This document shows positions 1 to 12,217 of a DNA stretch of 64,000 nucleotides, piece by piece. The first letter of the stretch is position 1. Every line of letters starts with the position of its first letter. The DNA is taken from positions 110,734,001 to 110,798,000 of the forward strand of contig NC_058368.1 of the NCBI RefSeq assembly GCF_018350175.1, written 5' to 3'. Origin of the DNA: Felis catus. Taxonomy: Eukaryota. Below the pieces are notes generated by a model. The model searched no databases. It was not told the origin of the DNA and saw only the letters and a program-made list of their open reading frames with translations. The position numbers were made by a program, and so were the translations under genes.

Positions 1-358
1 TTCTGCTCGGAAGCCAGAGGGCAGTTGGGGCCTTTTGAGGGGGGAGTCTCAAGACAAGGCCCAACACAAGGACCCAGCAACCCCCAACCAAGCCTGCTCG
101 GCAAAGCCATACTGTTTTCCTCCCCTGTGGGGTTTGGCCTCCTGAATCACAGGCCACAAGACACAAAACAACAGTTCCTTCCACAGAGGATAAAGAACAG
201 TCAGGGATCGAGACTCCTAAACAAAGTCCACAAAATCGTCAAAACAACCCCAGGCCCTGTGGCTGGGACTTGCAAGGCCTATGGAAAAAAGCACAGTGTG
301 TACGTGGCCATCTGGCCAGCCACTCCACTTGTTTATAGAGGGGACAGCTGAAGCCCAG

Positions 359-855
359 TATATTCATTTCCTGTTACTGCTGTAACTAATTACCACAAAC
401 TTAGTGATTCAAAACAACACAAATTTATCATCTTACAGATCTGGAGGTCAGAAGTCCTAAAACCCAGGTGTCAGCAGGCCTGCATTTCTTCTGGAGGCTC
501 CAGGAGAGAATAATGTCCTTGCCTTTTCTGGCTTCTAGAAGCTGACTGCATTCCTTGGCTGGTGACCTCATCCACCATCTCTAACACCTGCAGCAATGCC
601 AGCACGTTCTCATCTCTCTTAAACCTCTCCTTTTCTTGTCCCATCTCTTCTGACTGACCCTCCTACCTCCCCCTTGAAGGAGCTTTGAGATTAGCCTGGC
701 CTCACCTGGATAGTCCAAGATGCTCTCACCAGCTCAAGGTCCTTAACTCATCACATCTGTGAGGTCTCTTCCATGTAAGGGAACATATTCACAGATTTTA
801 GGGATTAGGACACAGACATTTTAGGATGGTGGGGAACATTATTCTGCCTTCCACA
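359..855 (-). mobile_element. MaLR solo LTR, MLT1 family (MLT1C/D-like)
   Basis: Typical MLT1 sequence (ttactgctgtaactaattaccacaaacttagtg...ggaggtcagaagtcc...attctgccttccaca); near 5-bp TSD cccag (354-358) / gccag (856-860). Confidence 0.85.
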
Positions 856-1463
856 GCCAGAAATGGAAGGACCTACACAAGGTCTGAGGGGGGTGAGGCA
901 AGGCCAGAACTCAAGCCGCAGGCTCCCCAGTTCTGTGTCCTTTGGGGCAGCCCCTTGAACTAGAGGAAAAGAGGCCTCTCCCCAAATCCAAGCTGGTCTC
1001 CGAAAATACGCTATGCAGAGTGGTCAGAAGCACCAGTTGTTCTTTTCATCCCGACTCCACCACCTTCCTACTGGACGATCTTGGGGATGGAGCATAATGT
1101 CTCCTGGACCTTGGTTTTCTGATCTGTGAAGTGGGGATGATGATAAGGAGCCACATTGCCTGATTTGAGGGTGCACTGAGCCTGTGTTGTGGCTGCGCTG
1201 TTAGGGCTGGGTCAGTGACCTCAGCCACCCCTTCCCCCAACACACCCATTTGGAAATGAGGGAAGTAAGTGCCCTGAGAAGGAAGGGACACACGCATGTG
1301 TACCCAGCTGGGCTGGGAACCAAGACCTTGACCCTTAAAGCCCTTCTCCTGCCCCTCCCCAGAGCAGTGGGGCTGCTGCTTACCTGAAAACTCCCCAGGG
1401 AATGAAGCTTTTGCTACCTAAGTAGGTCATAGAAAGGGAACAAAGGGATGCTTTTTGCCTGCA

Positions 1464-1477
1464 GAGCCACCTGCTGG
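1464..1477 (-). promoter_or_regulatory. Candidate CTCF core motif
   Basis: Reverse complement reads CCAGCAGGTGGCTC, close to CCASYAGRKGGCRS. Confidence 0.45.
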
Positions 1478-2464
1478 GGCAGGGTAGAAACCTTGGTTAA
1501 TAAAGGAGCGGAGTGTTGCGTGACTGCAGACACACAGGCGGGAGGTCCGTGCGGTGCCCCAGGGACAGGACCCAGTGAGAGGCAACAGAGGTTTGTAGGT
1601 GTCCCCACAGCTTGAAGGGAGAGGCAAGGTCAGACAGGGGTGCTGCCAAGGTCTCTCCAAACAGGAGGTCAGGATGGGGTGAGGAGAGGTTCCCCCGGGG
1701 GACCAACCGACAAGGCTTCCAGGACTGGGGCATGAGCAGGGCCTCTGAGGACCATACCTGTAGGAGAGAGAAAAGATGCGCTCCCCATCTGTCTCCACAG
1801 AGTCTCCATTCCACCCCCACAGGGGGAAACTCAGGGCCAGCAGGGGCTACGGGGCCTCCTGATGGCCCCATGATGCTGCCTTCTGGCTGTCATATGGCCA
1901 AGAAGTATTTTATCAGCTCATGGCAGAGCCCGCCATCAGCTACAATTCTTTGGAGTGTTTACTTTTTGCCTTGCTGTTTTCTGTTTTGATTCTGCACACT
2001 TTTTGTGCAATGTAAATATATTCAAAGCAAATCAACACAAGTGGTGTCGTTCCCTCATGGGGCAATAAGGCTGGCTTGACAGTGCTGGGGGACGTGTGCG
2101 GGGGGAGAGGGGCAGGTCTCAGAGGCACATCTCAGCATGGTGCCCTGCCTTTCACAACATCCACATCACAGCATGATACTGGGCCATAAAAGGCTAATCA
2201 ACATACACCAGCATCTTCCTCTTTTTTCAATACATAGGAACTTCATTACTACTCATAAAAGAAATTCATACTCATTAATGAAAATTGGGTAGTAAGGACC
2301 AATCACCCAATGGCCTCACTACCCAAAGACAATTAGAACTAATATCTTGGTATATTTCCTTCTAGTCTTTTTTTCCCCAGGCATCTTTTTATTTTTAACA
2401 CAGCTGTGCTCAAGATGCATGCACACTTTCTGTTTCTTTCACTTAGCATTAACTCATTTACTAT

Positions 2465-2532
2465 TGTAGCTCCGTACTTGGCACAAATATGACCTCAATA
2501 AATATTTGCTGAATGAATGAGTGAATGAATGA
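2465..2532 (+). mobile_element. L2 LINE 3' end fragment
   Basis: ctcaataaatatttgctgaatgaatgagtgaatgaatga is the characteristic L2 terminus. Confidence 0.65.
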
Positions 2533-2564
2533 GCATGGATAATTGTCTACCTTATACAAAAGAA

Positions 2565-2800
2565 TAATAATCATAACATGTGACAACTGAGGGCTTCCTT
2601 AGTGCTGACTACTTTATATATATTATCTCCTATCATACAATATCCCTATGAAGTAGGTACTCTTATTGTCCCCATTTTGTAGATGTATACACTGAAATGT
2701 AGACAGAGATTAAGTCCCAAGTTTATACAGGTAGCCCCTGATTTCTATGCCAGGTCTGGCTTAGATCAAACCTATATTTCTGTTGCTATACGTCACTACC
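2565..2800 (-). mobile_element. MIR SINE
   Basis: ccctatgaagtaggtactcttattgtccccattttgtagatg...actgaa is the MIR core in reverse. Confidence 0.65.
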
Positions 2801-2814
2801 TCTCAGTGAACATT

Positions 2815-2932
2815 TTTATTATTTTTTAAGTTTATTTATTTTTAATAATCTCTACACGCAACGTGGGGCTTGAACGCACAACCCCAAGATTAAGAGTTAC
2901 ACATGCTTCAGGCTAAACTAGCCAGGTGCCCC
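2815..2932 (-). mobile_element. Short carnivore SINEC
   Basis: Poly-T, then aatctctacacgcaacgtggggcttgaac...ccaggtgcccc (reverse SINEC head). Confidence 0.8.
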
Positions 2933-2966
2933 AAACAGTTTAGAAACATCATTTGAAATGATTTCA

Positions 2967-3316
2967 GGGGCACCTGGCTGGCTCAGTTGGTAGAACATGT
3001 GACTGTTGAACGCGGGGCCGTGGGTTCAAGCCCCACGTTGGGTGTGGAGATTGCTAAAAATAAAATCTTTAAAAAACTCAAAAATTCAGGGGCACCGAGG
3101 TGGCTCAGTTGGTTAAGCACCAGACCTCGGCTCAGGTCATAATCTCGCAGCTCGTGAGTATGAGCCCCGCGTCGGGCTCTGCGCTGAGAGCTCTGAGCCT
3201 ACAGCCTGCTTCAGATTCTGTGTCTCCCTCTTTCTCTGCTCCTCCCCCGCTCGCGCTCTCTCTCTCTCAAAAATAAACATTAAAAATTAAAAAAAAAATG
3301 CAAACATTCAAAAATA
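2967..3316 (+). mobile_element. Short SINEC with a full-length SINEC (~3089-3299) nested in its tail
   Basis: Two ggggcacc heads; outer near-TSD aaatgatttca (2956-2966) / aaatgacttca (3317-3327). Confidence 0.8.
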
Positions 3317-3558
3317 AAATGACTTCATAACATTCTTTTAAATGGACCTAGCCATTCCTCAATCACTGCATATGTAGGCTATTTTCTGTTTTTCTTCCCC
3401 CTGCTGTCATAAATAATTCTACAATAAACAACTTTATGTCTAACTCAACTCCATATTTAAGCGCTATTCATTAGCAGAGACTCACTGTAAGTTGAACTAC
3501 TGGTTCAAACAGTGCAAACATTTTTAAAGCTTTTGAGGCATGTTTCTCCCTCAATTAT

Positions 3559-3608
3559 GTTTTGTTTTGTTTTGTTTTGTTTTGTCTTGTTTTGTTTTGT
3601 TTTGTTTT
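3559..3608. repeat. (GTTTT)n microsatellite
   Basis: About 10 tandem gtttt units. Confidence 0.9.
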
Positions 3609-6600
3609 TACACATGGAAATTTAGATGAATTAAATCTGCTACCTTCTCTTTTATAATGTCATCCACCGTTTCCAGCTTTGATACACCTTCCCTTTCGAG
3701 ACAAGTTAATAATTCTATTTTCTAGTGATCATACGGTTTGCTTTTAAATTATTCAACCCTTCAGTTCTTCCGGCATCCTTTGGGGGATGCTGCAGAGAAA
3801 CCCCCATTTACACTTCCAAGCCCCCCCCCCCATTCCTCTGGGCAGGGGCAAAGATAAAAAAGAATGTGAAATAAGGAGAGTGTGAAATACAGAGGCTGCT
3901 GTTTTTCCTAATTACAGGGGAATGATTGCCCTTCTTCTACACATGAATGACTTTCTCCCAAGGTCTTCCATTTCTTCTTAGAAGCTTCTAAAAAGCTTTT
4001 TTGGTTGACCTGGAGCTTAGGCAGAACTGTCCTGATGAGAACCGACTTGAGAATCCTCTGGAAAAACTCAAAGGATGCAAAATTTCTTCCAATAGAATAT
4101 TAGAAATAAGTCAAATTGGGAGTGGGGATGTTGCTGGGTATATTGATTTTGGTGAATGGGCTTTGGGCATGTGGGTGGTGCAGTCAGGATAAGGAAGGAG
4201 GCTGTGACCCAGATGGATAAAGACTTCCTCCCACCCCAAGCAAAAACTCCATGGGAACATCTGAAGGATCAGGGAAGCCAACCTACACCCACCCACATCC
4301 CTCCATGAACGAGGCCTGTGATGGGATGTACAGTCCTGGGTCAGGAATAGTGGTGACCCACATGTATGGTCTCTGGGTGATGCCCTGCATGAGGGCACAT
4401 GGTCAAGGGAGTCGTGAGGCTGAAATCCAGCCAAGAGCCTCCAGCTAGGAGGATAGGGCACCTTCTTCCAGTTCTCTCAAAGGTGCCTAGGGGGCTAGTG
4501 GCTGTCTGGGCTGTAGCAGTGAACTGTACAAGGAGCACTGGACCAGGAGCCAGGAGGCTGGGCCCTGACTCCAACTCGGCCATAGCTCTCCAGATGGGAG
4601 CCCGAATCACCCACTCTGTGCCTCGGGTTCCCCAACTGTCTAGCCAGTTCCACTGGTCCCAACAGTTCTGATGCTAAGAGACCATAAGCAGCTCTTGAGT
4701 GTGCTCAGCTGCCTCTAGAAGGAAGACCCACAGTGTGCTACCACAGGATAGGGTGACCAGGACAACCCACACTTTCCAGCACAGACTGTTGCAAAGTAAC
4801 TTGCATTTTGGGTCTGGGGTCAGAGCTTCCCACGTTGCCTTTCCTGTCGGTCTCCTTTTCAGGGTTTGATGATTTGTGAGAACTCATTGATAAAGTCAGC
4901 GGGTGCCCTTTGCTCACCGTCTGGATGTGGCACCATCTGTTCCAATTTCTATTTCCCCTTCCTCTAAACCCAGTTGAAATATCATTGACAACCAATACCA
5001 ATCAGGTTACTGAGCACTGCCCATGTGTCAGTCATTGCGCTGGCTGTTTTATGAGCCGGCTCCTGGAAGCCCTGACCTCTGCGCCGTGAGGCCCACTCCC
5101 CATTCTGCAAGGTTAAGGAAGAGAAGCCCCCAAATCCGACAATATATAACCAAGCAGGATTCAAACTCAATCACTCTGCCTCCAAACACAGGCCCTCATA
5201 ACACTTGAACTGCTTTCCTAGTTAAAGGAAACAGAAGCAAGGAGTGGCAAGGAAACAGAAGCAAGTAGTTCAGGCAGCAGGCCAGCAAAAAGATACCTTC
5301 ATTTCCCTCCCTAAGACCCTTCAATGCCCCCTCTGAAGCCTGGGAGGTTCTCATGTTTTGTTAGTTTCCTCTGGATCAACAGACCTGCTGCCCAGCCCTG
5401 CACCAATCTCTAGGCTCCTCCCACCAGCCATTCCAGGGCCAGGTGCTCAGGGGAGAAGACCTGGCAACCATCCTGTACAAAGACCGCTCAGGGTTCCTGC
5501 ACGGAGTCAGTCCGCAGGAGCTGGGTAGGGAGGAAGCCCTGTGGGGCGGGGTGGGTGGGAAAGAGATCAGGTCGTGCATACTTTATCCTGCCAGCCACAG
5601 GGCACATTCCCAGAGAGCCTTGCCCAGGCCACCCAACACTGCACGGTGGTTCTCTCCAAAATCCACTTAGCTGGGCAACTTGGGGGAGTCATTCAACATC
5701 TCTGTGCTACCCTGAGGCCCCAGCCCACCCACAGCGGCAGATACTCAACCAATGCCTGTCACAGCCTCACCTGGGAACGATGCGTTTTTTCTAAACCCCT
5801 TGTTAACCAGTCAGAAACAGGACTTCTTCCCATTCTTAATCTTTATGGTGGATTCCTCCCAGAGCTGGCATGTACTCATAAGTATTAAAACTGCAAAGAA
5901 AAGAAGTACAACAGAGAAGTTATGACTTCCTGTGCATTACGGAGCCAAGAGAAGGGAACAATTAGCTCCTTTGTTGCCAGGATTCCTGTTTGTCACTAAC
6001 AATGGCATTCTTCAGGAATTATGATATTAAAGACTTAATAACCATTTGATACATGCAGTAAAACATTTCAATGACGGCGTTTCTAGAAAGTGCTGTCCTC
6101 ATCTATTACAGGAATTTACCAAGTTTCTTTTAATTAAGTCGGTTATAAATGAGACATGGCCTCGGTGAGGTAATTTTGTGAATGAAGCTACCCTGAAGTA
6201 CTAATTAGTTTGTTTTTAATGCTTCGTTTACCCAGCCGAAGACGTGGTGGTTAGGGCGGGGCTGTCCCGCTCGGACTGATGAGGTCCCGCAGGCAGGTAG
6301 AATATGCAGCAGGCAGGGGTGGGGGGGAGGGGCTCTCCCGGCTGGAGAGAGGGTGGTATTGCATTTCGGGCTGTGAAGCTTCACAACTGCCTGCTGAACT
6401 GACCACAGACTTTACATTTACCTGGGAAACGCTGGAGCCACGGCCCCTCCCCATGATGAACGCAGGCAGCCGCTTACTCTGCATAGGAAGGGCCAGTGAG
6501 CTGCCTTGGACAGCAGTGGCTGCCTCGTCCCTGTGGGTGTCGGCAGAGGCATCTGGGCATTAGAGGGGAAAGTGGGCTGAGTGATGGCAGAGGTCCCTTC

Positions 6601-7366
6601 CCCCAGCATCCCTCTGCTGGCTGCTTTATTATTCATTCTTATATCACTCACCACGCACTTACTGAGGCCCCTCTCTGTGCATATGAATGAAGAGCAAAGA
6701 GGGGCAGAATCCCACCTTAGCTGGTGCTGTGTGGGAGTGCAGTAGGGGGTAACCAGTGTGAAATGGCCACAAAGGAGATAGGCAGGGTGTTCTGGGAACA
6801 CAGGGTGGGGGTACGCCCCCCCCACTCCCCACCAAGGAAGCTACAGGGAGCGTTGGAAGGTGGAGACGGGAAGCTGTTTAGGAACGGGAGTTACACTTGG
6901 TTGTGGCACCCACTGGGTGATCTGACCTGAGGGAGGATGGGCTCTGGGAAGAGTTTTCAGCCCTGGGGGAGGCAGGAGGAATCTGGAATCCTTCCCCTAT
7001 CTCGCATGTATGTACATGTACCTACCCACACTCACATTTGGGTCTTCGTCATGCGTGTAAGGACAACTGTTCATTTTGTGTTCAATTTTTTTCTTTTTAT
7101 TTTTCTTTTTATTTTGTGTTGCAAAAATGTAACAAGAGGGGAATATAAAGATTACAAAGTGAAAGTCTCCCATTATCTCAATCATCAAACTGTTCCCAGG
7201 GAAAACCACCATTAGCAGCCTTCCAGACCTTTTCCTATGTGGATTTGTAACGCATGCACACGCACACACACGTGTGCATACATGGGTTTTGCTTGTTTTA
7301 CGGGAACATATTCCACACATGGTTTTGGGAGTTGTTTTTCACTTTATATCATAAACATCGTTTCTT

Positions 7367-7588
7367 TTTTAAGTTTTTTTTTTTTCAACGTTTATTTATT
7401 TTTGGGACAGAGAGAGACAGAGCATGAACGGGGGAGGGGCAGAGAGAGAGGGAGACACAGAATCGGAAACAGGCTCCAGGCTCTGAGCCATCAGCCCAGA
7501 GCCTGACGCGGGGCTCGAACTCACGGACCGCGAGATCGTGACCTGGCTGAAGTCGGACACTTAACCAACTGCGCTACTCAGGCGCCCC
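7367..7588 (-). mobile_element. Young felid SINEC_Fc-type SINE
   Basis: Full-length and CpG-rich; perfect 16-bp TSD ATAAACATCGTTTCTT at 7351-7366 and 7589-7604. Confidence 0.92.
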
Positions 7589-7824
7589 ATAAACATCGTT
7601 TCTTAACAGTCAGTACATACAGACCTACCTTGTTCTTTTTAACAGCTGTGAGTATGCAAAAGTAGAGTCTATTCATACATCACTCAATTAATGGTCATTA
7701 ACTGTTGCTTTTTTTTTTTTACAATTGCAAGCAAGAATACAGTGAGCATTCTTGAACATAAGCTCTTGTGTTATACACGCCTACAGAGCTACTTGGAATT
7801 GCAAAATGTTTTTGTCTCATTTTC

Positions 7825-8029
7825 TAAGTTTTTTTTTTAAAGTTTGTTTTTATTTTCGAAGGAGACACAGAGTGAGCGGGGGAGGGGAAGAGAGACACAG
7901 AATCACAAGCAGGCTCCAGGCTCTGAGCTGTCAGCACAGAGCGCAACGTGGGGCTCGAACTCACGAACCATGAGATCATGACCTGAGCCGTAGTCAGATG
8001 CTTAACTGACTGAGCCACACAGGCACCCC
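7825..8029 (-). mobile_element. Carnivore SINEC
   Basis: Poly-T, gagacacagaatc...ctgagccacacaggcacccc. Confidence 0.88.
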
Positions 8030-10005
8030 AAGTGTATGTGTCTTTTAAACATTAGCAGGTACTACCAAGTGGCCCTTCGGAAATAGGCTCCTCACTCCCT
8101 GCCATTTTCATATACCAACACCACCTGTTTCCCTACATTCTTTTCAACACTGGGCATCATTAGTCCTTTTAAATGTTTTGCCAATCTGATGAGCAGAAAA
8201 AATTAAAAGGTGCTCCTCACCGTTTTCACTTCTGTCCTTATTTTCTAAGTGAATAATGAAGGAAGGTCAAGGGAGTAGCTGGGGAACCCAGGTCAGCAGC
8301 CTTGCTGTCCCCGGCTGACCCAGCATCCAGACTCTTAGGACCCTGGGCAGACTGGCCCAGCGCACCAGCCTTGATGATGGGGGGGTATGTTCCAGTCAGG
8401 GCTGATGGGGAGCACAGTCCTAGGGACAGAGTGGACCCAAGATGACACAGCAGCACTGGCCTGGCTTCACACTTCTTCAAAGGGCTGTGGCCGCAGCAGG
8501 CGGGCTCTGCCCCCCATGAGCTGAGGCCAGCTCCACCCAGCAGTGAAGAGTGGGCTTCCTGTGCCCCTGCCAGTGCCTTTGGAGGGGGCTGCCCCACCCC
8601 TGGCACTCCTCGACAGAACAGGCAAGCCCCAGTGACTCAGCACTGCCCGTGGTCAGAGACAGGCCATGAGTCACAAATTACCAGCCTTCTGCCCAAGCAG
8701 GCTTTGCCAGCCAGTGAGGCGGCAATGCTGGCAGGGAGCGACAGAGCTCTAGGCTTGGGGCAGCAGGGAAATAGAGGCCAGCAGTCTTACGGCTTCCATA
8801 CCTGCCAGCCAACATGAGGCTCTTGGGCTCTCGGGCCACAGAGCCAAGGCTGTTTCAGGGATGCACGCCTGGGTGGAAGGCTTGGGCATGCTTGGACTCA
8901 GGTCTTCCTTGGCTCTAGACCAGCAGGAAACCAGCTGGCACCAAGGCCTGGTGGAGTTTCAAAGATGGCATCTTCCAACCGAAAGGGAGAGTTTAATGCC
9001 AGGGCGCCTGCCCCGTGCAGTGGGTATTGGGTCCCAGGAGGCAGGCACTGCCTTGCCCTCCAAGACAGGCCCCACACCCAGGGCCTAAAGCAGCCTTGCA
9101 CACAGTGCCAGGAGGCTAGCTTCAAAAGCTCCCCACTAATGAGAGCTGCAACCTCAAGCCTTCTGAGCGTTGGCACATCCTCCGGCCATTTTAGCATGGA
9201 AGGGCTTCCAGAACTTTCAGAGAACCGGATGATTCTTTTGTGCTCAATGAAGCCAGACACACCCGCACCGCCGCCCCCCTCCGATCCTGTCCCACACAAA
9301 ATTCTTTTAGTTCCAAAACAGTTTCTCAGCAACAGCAAACCTAAATGCCACCCAGGTTTGACGTCTTGCTCATTTTCTTGTGTTACCCATATTTGATTAT
9401 GTGGCTAAAGGTGACACAGAGAAGCACAAATGGCAAGAAATGAGAGCCAAAGCCAGGCCTGGGCAGAGGCCCTGGGGACTCTGTGTCTACTTCAGGAGCA
9501 ATCACACCCCCGCCAGGGCTCCATCCTTCATCCCTGGATCCACGAAATCTATGGGTCTCCCTGTACCCTACATACTCTCCGGTGCCACGGCTGCTCCACT
9601 AAGGGCCTCTGCTGGTGATGACTCATTTACACGCCGGGCCGTGTGGAACAGGCTCAACACACACTCTAATGAACACGTGCTGGGAACAATAAGCCAAGGG
9701 CAGCTAATGAGAGACTGACTCTTTATCTTGGAAGCTGAAAACCTTGCGCCATTTCTCAGAGCCAGGAATAATGATGGTCACCCGTGCTGCAGCCACCATG
9801 CTTCACACACATTATCCCAGCCAACGCCCCCCTACCCACTCTGACACTAGGAATCTGATCCTCCAAATCCGGCACAAAGCCTAGCACCAGGGAGGTGCTC
9901 GCTCAGGAAGTATTGTCCAATGAATAGTTAAGTGGTACAGATAAGGAAATGAAAGCTCTTCCCAGTACTCTTTCCAAAGAACCCCTTTTTTTAAAGTTTT
10001 ATTAT

Positions 10006-10230
10006 GGGGCACCTGGGTGGCTCAGACGGTTAAGCGTCCAACTTCGGCTCAGGTCATGATCTCGTGGTTGGTGAGTTCGAGCCCTGCATCTGGCTCTGTG
10101 CTGACAGCTCAGAGCTGGTAGCCTGGAGCCTGCTTCAGGTTCTGTGTCTCCCTCTTTCTCTGGCCCTTCCCCTCTCGAGCTCTGTCTCTGTCTCTCTCTC
10201 TCAAAAATAAACGTTAAAAAAAAATTTAAG
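10006..10230 (+). mobile_element. Carnivore SINEC
   Basis: ggggcacctgggtggctcag head, (CT)n region and A-rich tail. Confidence 0.88.
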
Positions 10231-10257
10231 TTTTATCATCATCATCATCATCATCAT

Positions 10258-10353
10258 GTTTTTTGGTAATCTCTAAACCCAACATGGGGCTCAAACTCAC
10301 AACCCCAAGATCAAGAGTCACATGGTCTTCCAACAGAGCCAGCCAGGTGCCCT
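10258..10353 (-). mobile_element. Short SINEC preceded by (CAT)n
   Basis: aatctctaaacccaacatggggctcaaactc...ccaggtgccc. Confidence 0.75.
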
Positions 10354-10528
10354 TCCAAAAATGCTTCTGAAGAATTATTTTTGAAAATCACTTTTCTTTG
10401 GAAGATTTTCACAAGACACCTTTGGCAACATTAATTGCCTTTTAATTTTGAAGCATTTCAAACACATGGAAAAGTATAAAAACTAATATGATAGATCAAA
10501 CTCCATTTTAAAAAAGTAAAGAATTTAT

Positions 10529-10736
10529 GGGGCACCTGGATGGCTCAGTCAGTTAAACATATGACTCTTGATTTAGGCTCAGGTCATGATCTCACAGTTT
10601 ATGAGTTCAAGCCCCGCATCAGGCTCTGCACAGACAGCATGGAGCCTGCTTAGGATTCTCTCTCCCCCTCTCTCTTTTCTGCCCTTCCTCTGCTCTCTCT
10701 CTCTCTCAAAATAAATAAATAAACTTAAAAAATTTT
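10529..10736 (+). mobile_element. Carnivore SINEC
   Basis: SINEC head and tail, flanked by TSD aaagtaaagaatttat. Confidence 0.88.
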
Positions 10737-11063
10737 AAAGTAAAGAATTTATAAATGCAACATTCAGAATAGGGCTTACTTTTGCACTAAGAGACAAGGA
10801 ATAAGGAAGTAAAATGGTGTTGGTAAAATTCTAGTTTTTCAGTTAGATGGAGGTGTGGTAGGGCTCATTTTTAAGTTATACTTCATAAATAGCATATATG
10901 TTGCATAAGTCATTGAATGTGTGTTATGTATATTACATAGAATGGTTTTTAAAAGAAAACAATGTAACGTACTTGTAGCCATCATCCAGATTTAACAAAC
11001 GAGACTATTTGTTTTGGATCTCCTCCATCTTTCTTTCTTTTAAGAAACAAACTTTATACATCT

Positions 11064-11507
11064 CAGGGCTCCTAGGTGGCTCAGTCAGTTGAGCATCTGA
11101 CTTCGGCTCAGGTCATGATCTCACAGTTTGTGAGTTCAAGCCCCACGTCAGGCTCTGTGTCTGACAGCTCAGAGCCTGGAGCCTGCTTCTGTGTCTCCCC
11201 CTCTCTCTGCCCCTCCCCTGCTCATGCTCTGTATCTCTCTCTATATATAATAAATAAACGTTAGGGGCGCCTGGGTGGCACAGTCGGTTAAGCATCCGAC
11301 TTCAGCCAGGTCACGATCTCGCGGTCCGTGAGTTCGAGCCCCGCGTCAGGCTCTGGGCTGATGGCTCAGAGCCTGGAGCCTGCTTCTGATTCTGTGTCTC
11401 CCTCTCTCTCTGCCCCTCCCCCATTCATGCTCTGTCTCTCTCTGTCCCCAAAAAAATAAACGTTGAAAAAAAAATTAAAAAAAAAATAAATAAACGTTAA
11501 AACAAAC
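11064..11507 (+). mobile_element. SINEC with a young SINEC_Fc (11264-11484) nested in its tail
   Basis: Outer TSD aaacaaactttatacatct (11045-11063 / 11508-11526); inner TSD aataaataaacgtta (11249-11263 / 11485-11499). Confidence 0.92.
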
Positions 11508-12217
11508 AAACAAACTTTATACATCTGGCTAAAGACCATCCTTCACCCCATTCCCTATCTTCCCTCTGGGAAACAATTAAATGTTTTATATCACATTTTT
11601 TTTTTATATAAGCCTTATATGCAGCCATTACTGAGTGTTTCTTAGTTCAGTTCACCTGTAGATTTCCTTGAATATTTTATGTAGGTAATCATGTCATCTG
11701 CACATAAAATTGCAATTTTTTTCTTCCATTGTAATTTGTATTCTTTTCATTTCTTGTGTTACTGTGCTAGTGCTGATACCGTATGTTAAAGGAAATACTT
11801 CTGATATTGTACCATTAAGGATATCCATTGCTGTAGGTATTTGATGGCTATTTTGTCTCAGGTTCAGGAAGTTTCCTTCAATTCTGAGTTGGTCAAGAGT
11901 TTTTACAATGAGTGATGTTAAATTTTTAACAAATGCTATTTCTGTTTGTATCTATTAAGATGATTATATGGGTTTTCTTTTTTACTATGTTAATATGATA
12001 AGTTACTTGGGATTTTCTAATTTTAAACTATTTTTGTATCCCTGCTGTATCAATTATATATATATTCAATTTGGTAATATTTAGGATGAAGTAAGTGAGA
12101 TTGGTGTATAATTCTTTTTTCATATTGTCCTTGACCACCTTGCATATTAAGATTATATTAACCTCATAAAGTTAATTAGGAAGCATTACTTCTTTTTCAA
12201 TTTTCTAGAACAATTTA

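Noticed and set aside
3908..4057. Minus-strand acceptor followed by 49 open codons (RILKSVLIRTVLPKLQ...)
   Set aside because: No recognisable homology or partner exons; an open frame of this length is expected by chance.
7237..7506. Recurrent ORFs such as MAQSV...AQVMIS...SSSP and ...GRGRERGRHR...
   Set aside because: These are translations of SINEC repeats, not genes.
11064..11150. tRNA-like A/B boxes
   Set aside because: They are tRNA-derived SINE heads; no complete cloverleaf tRNA gene was seen.
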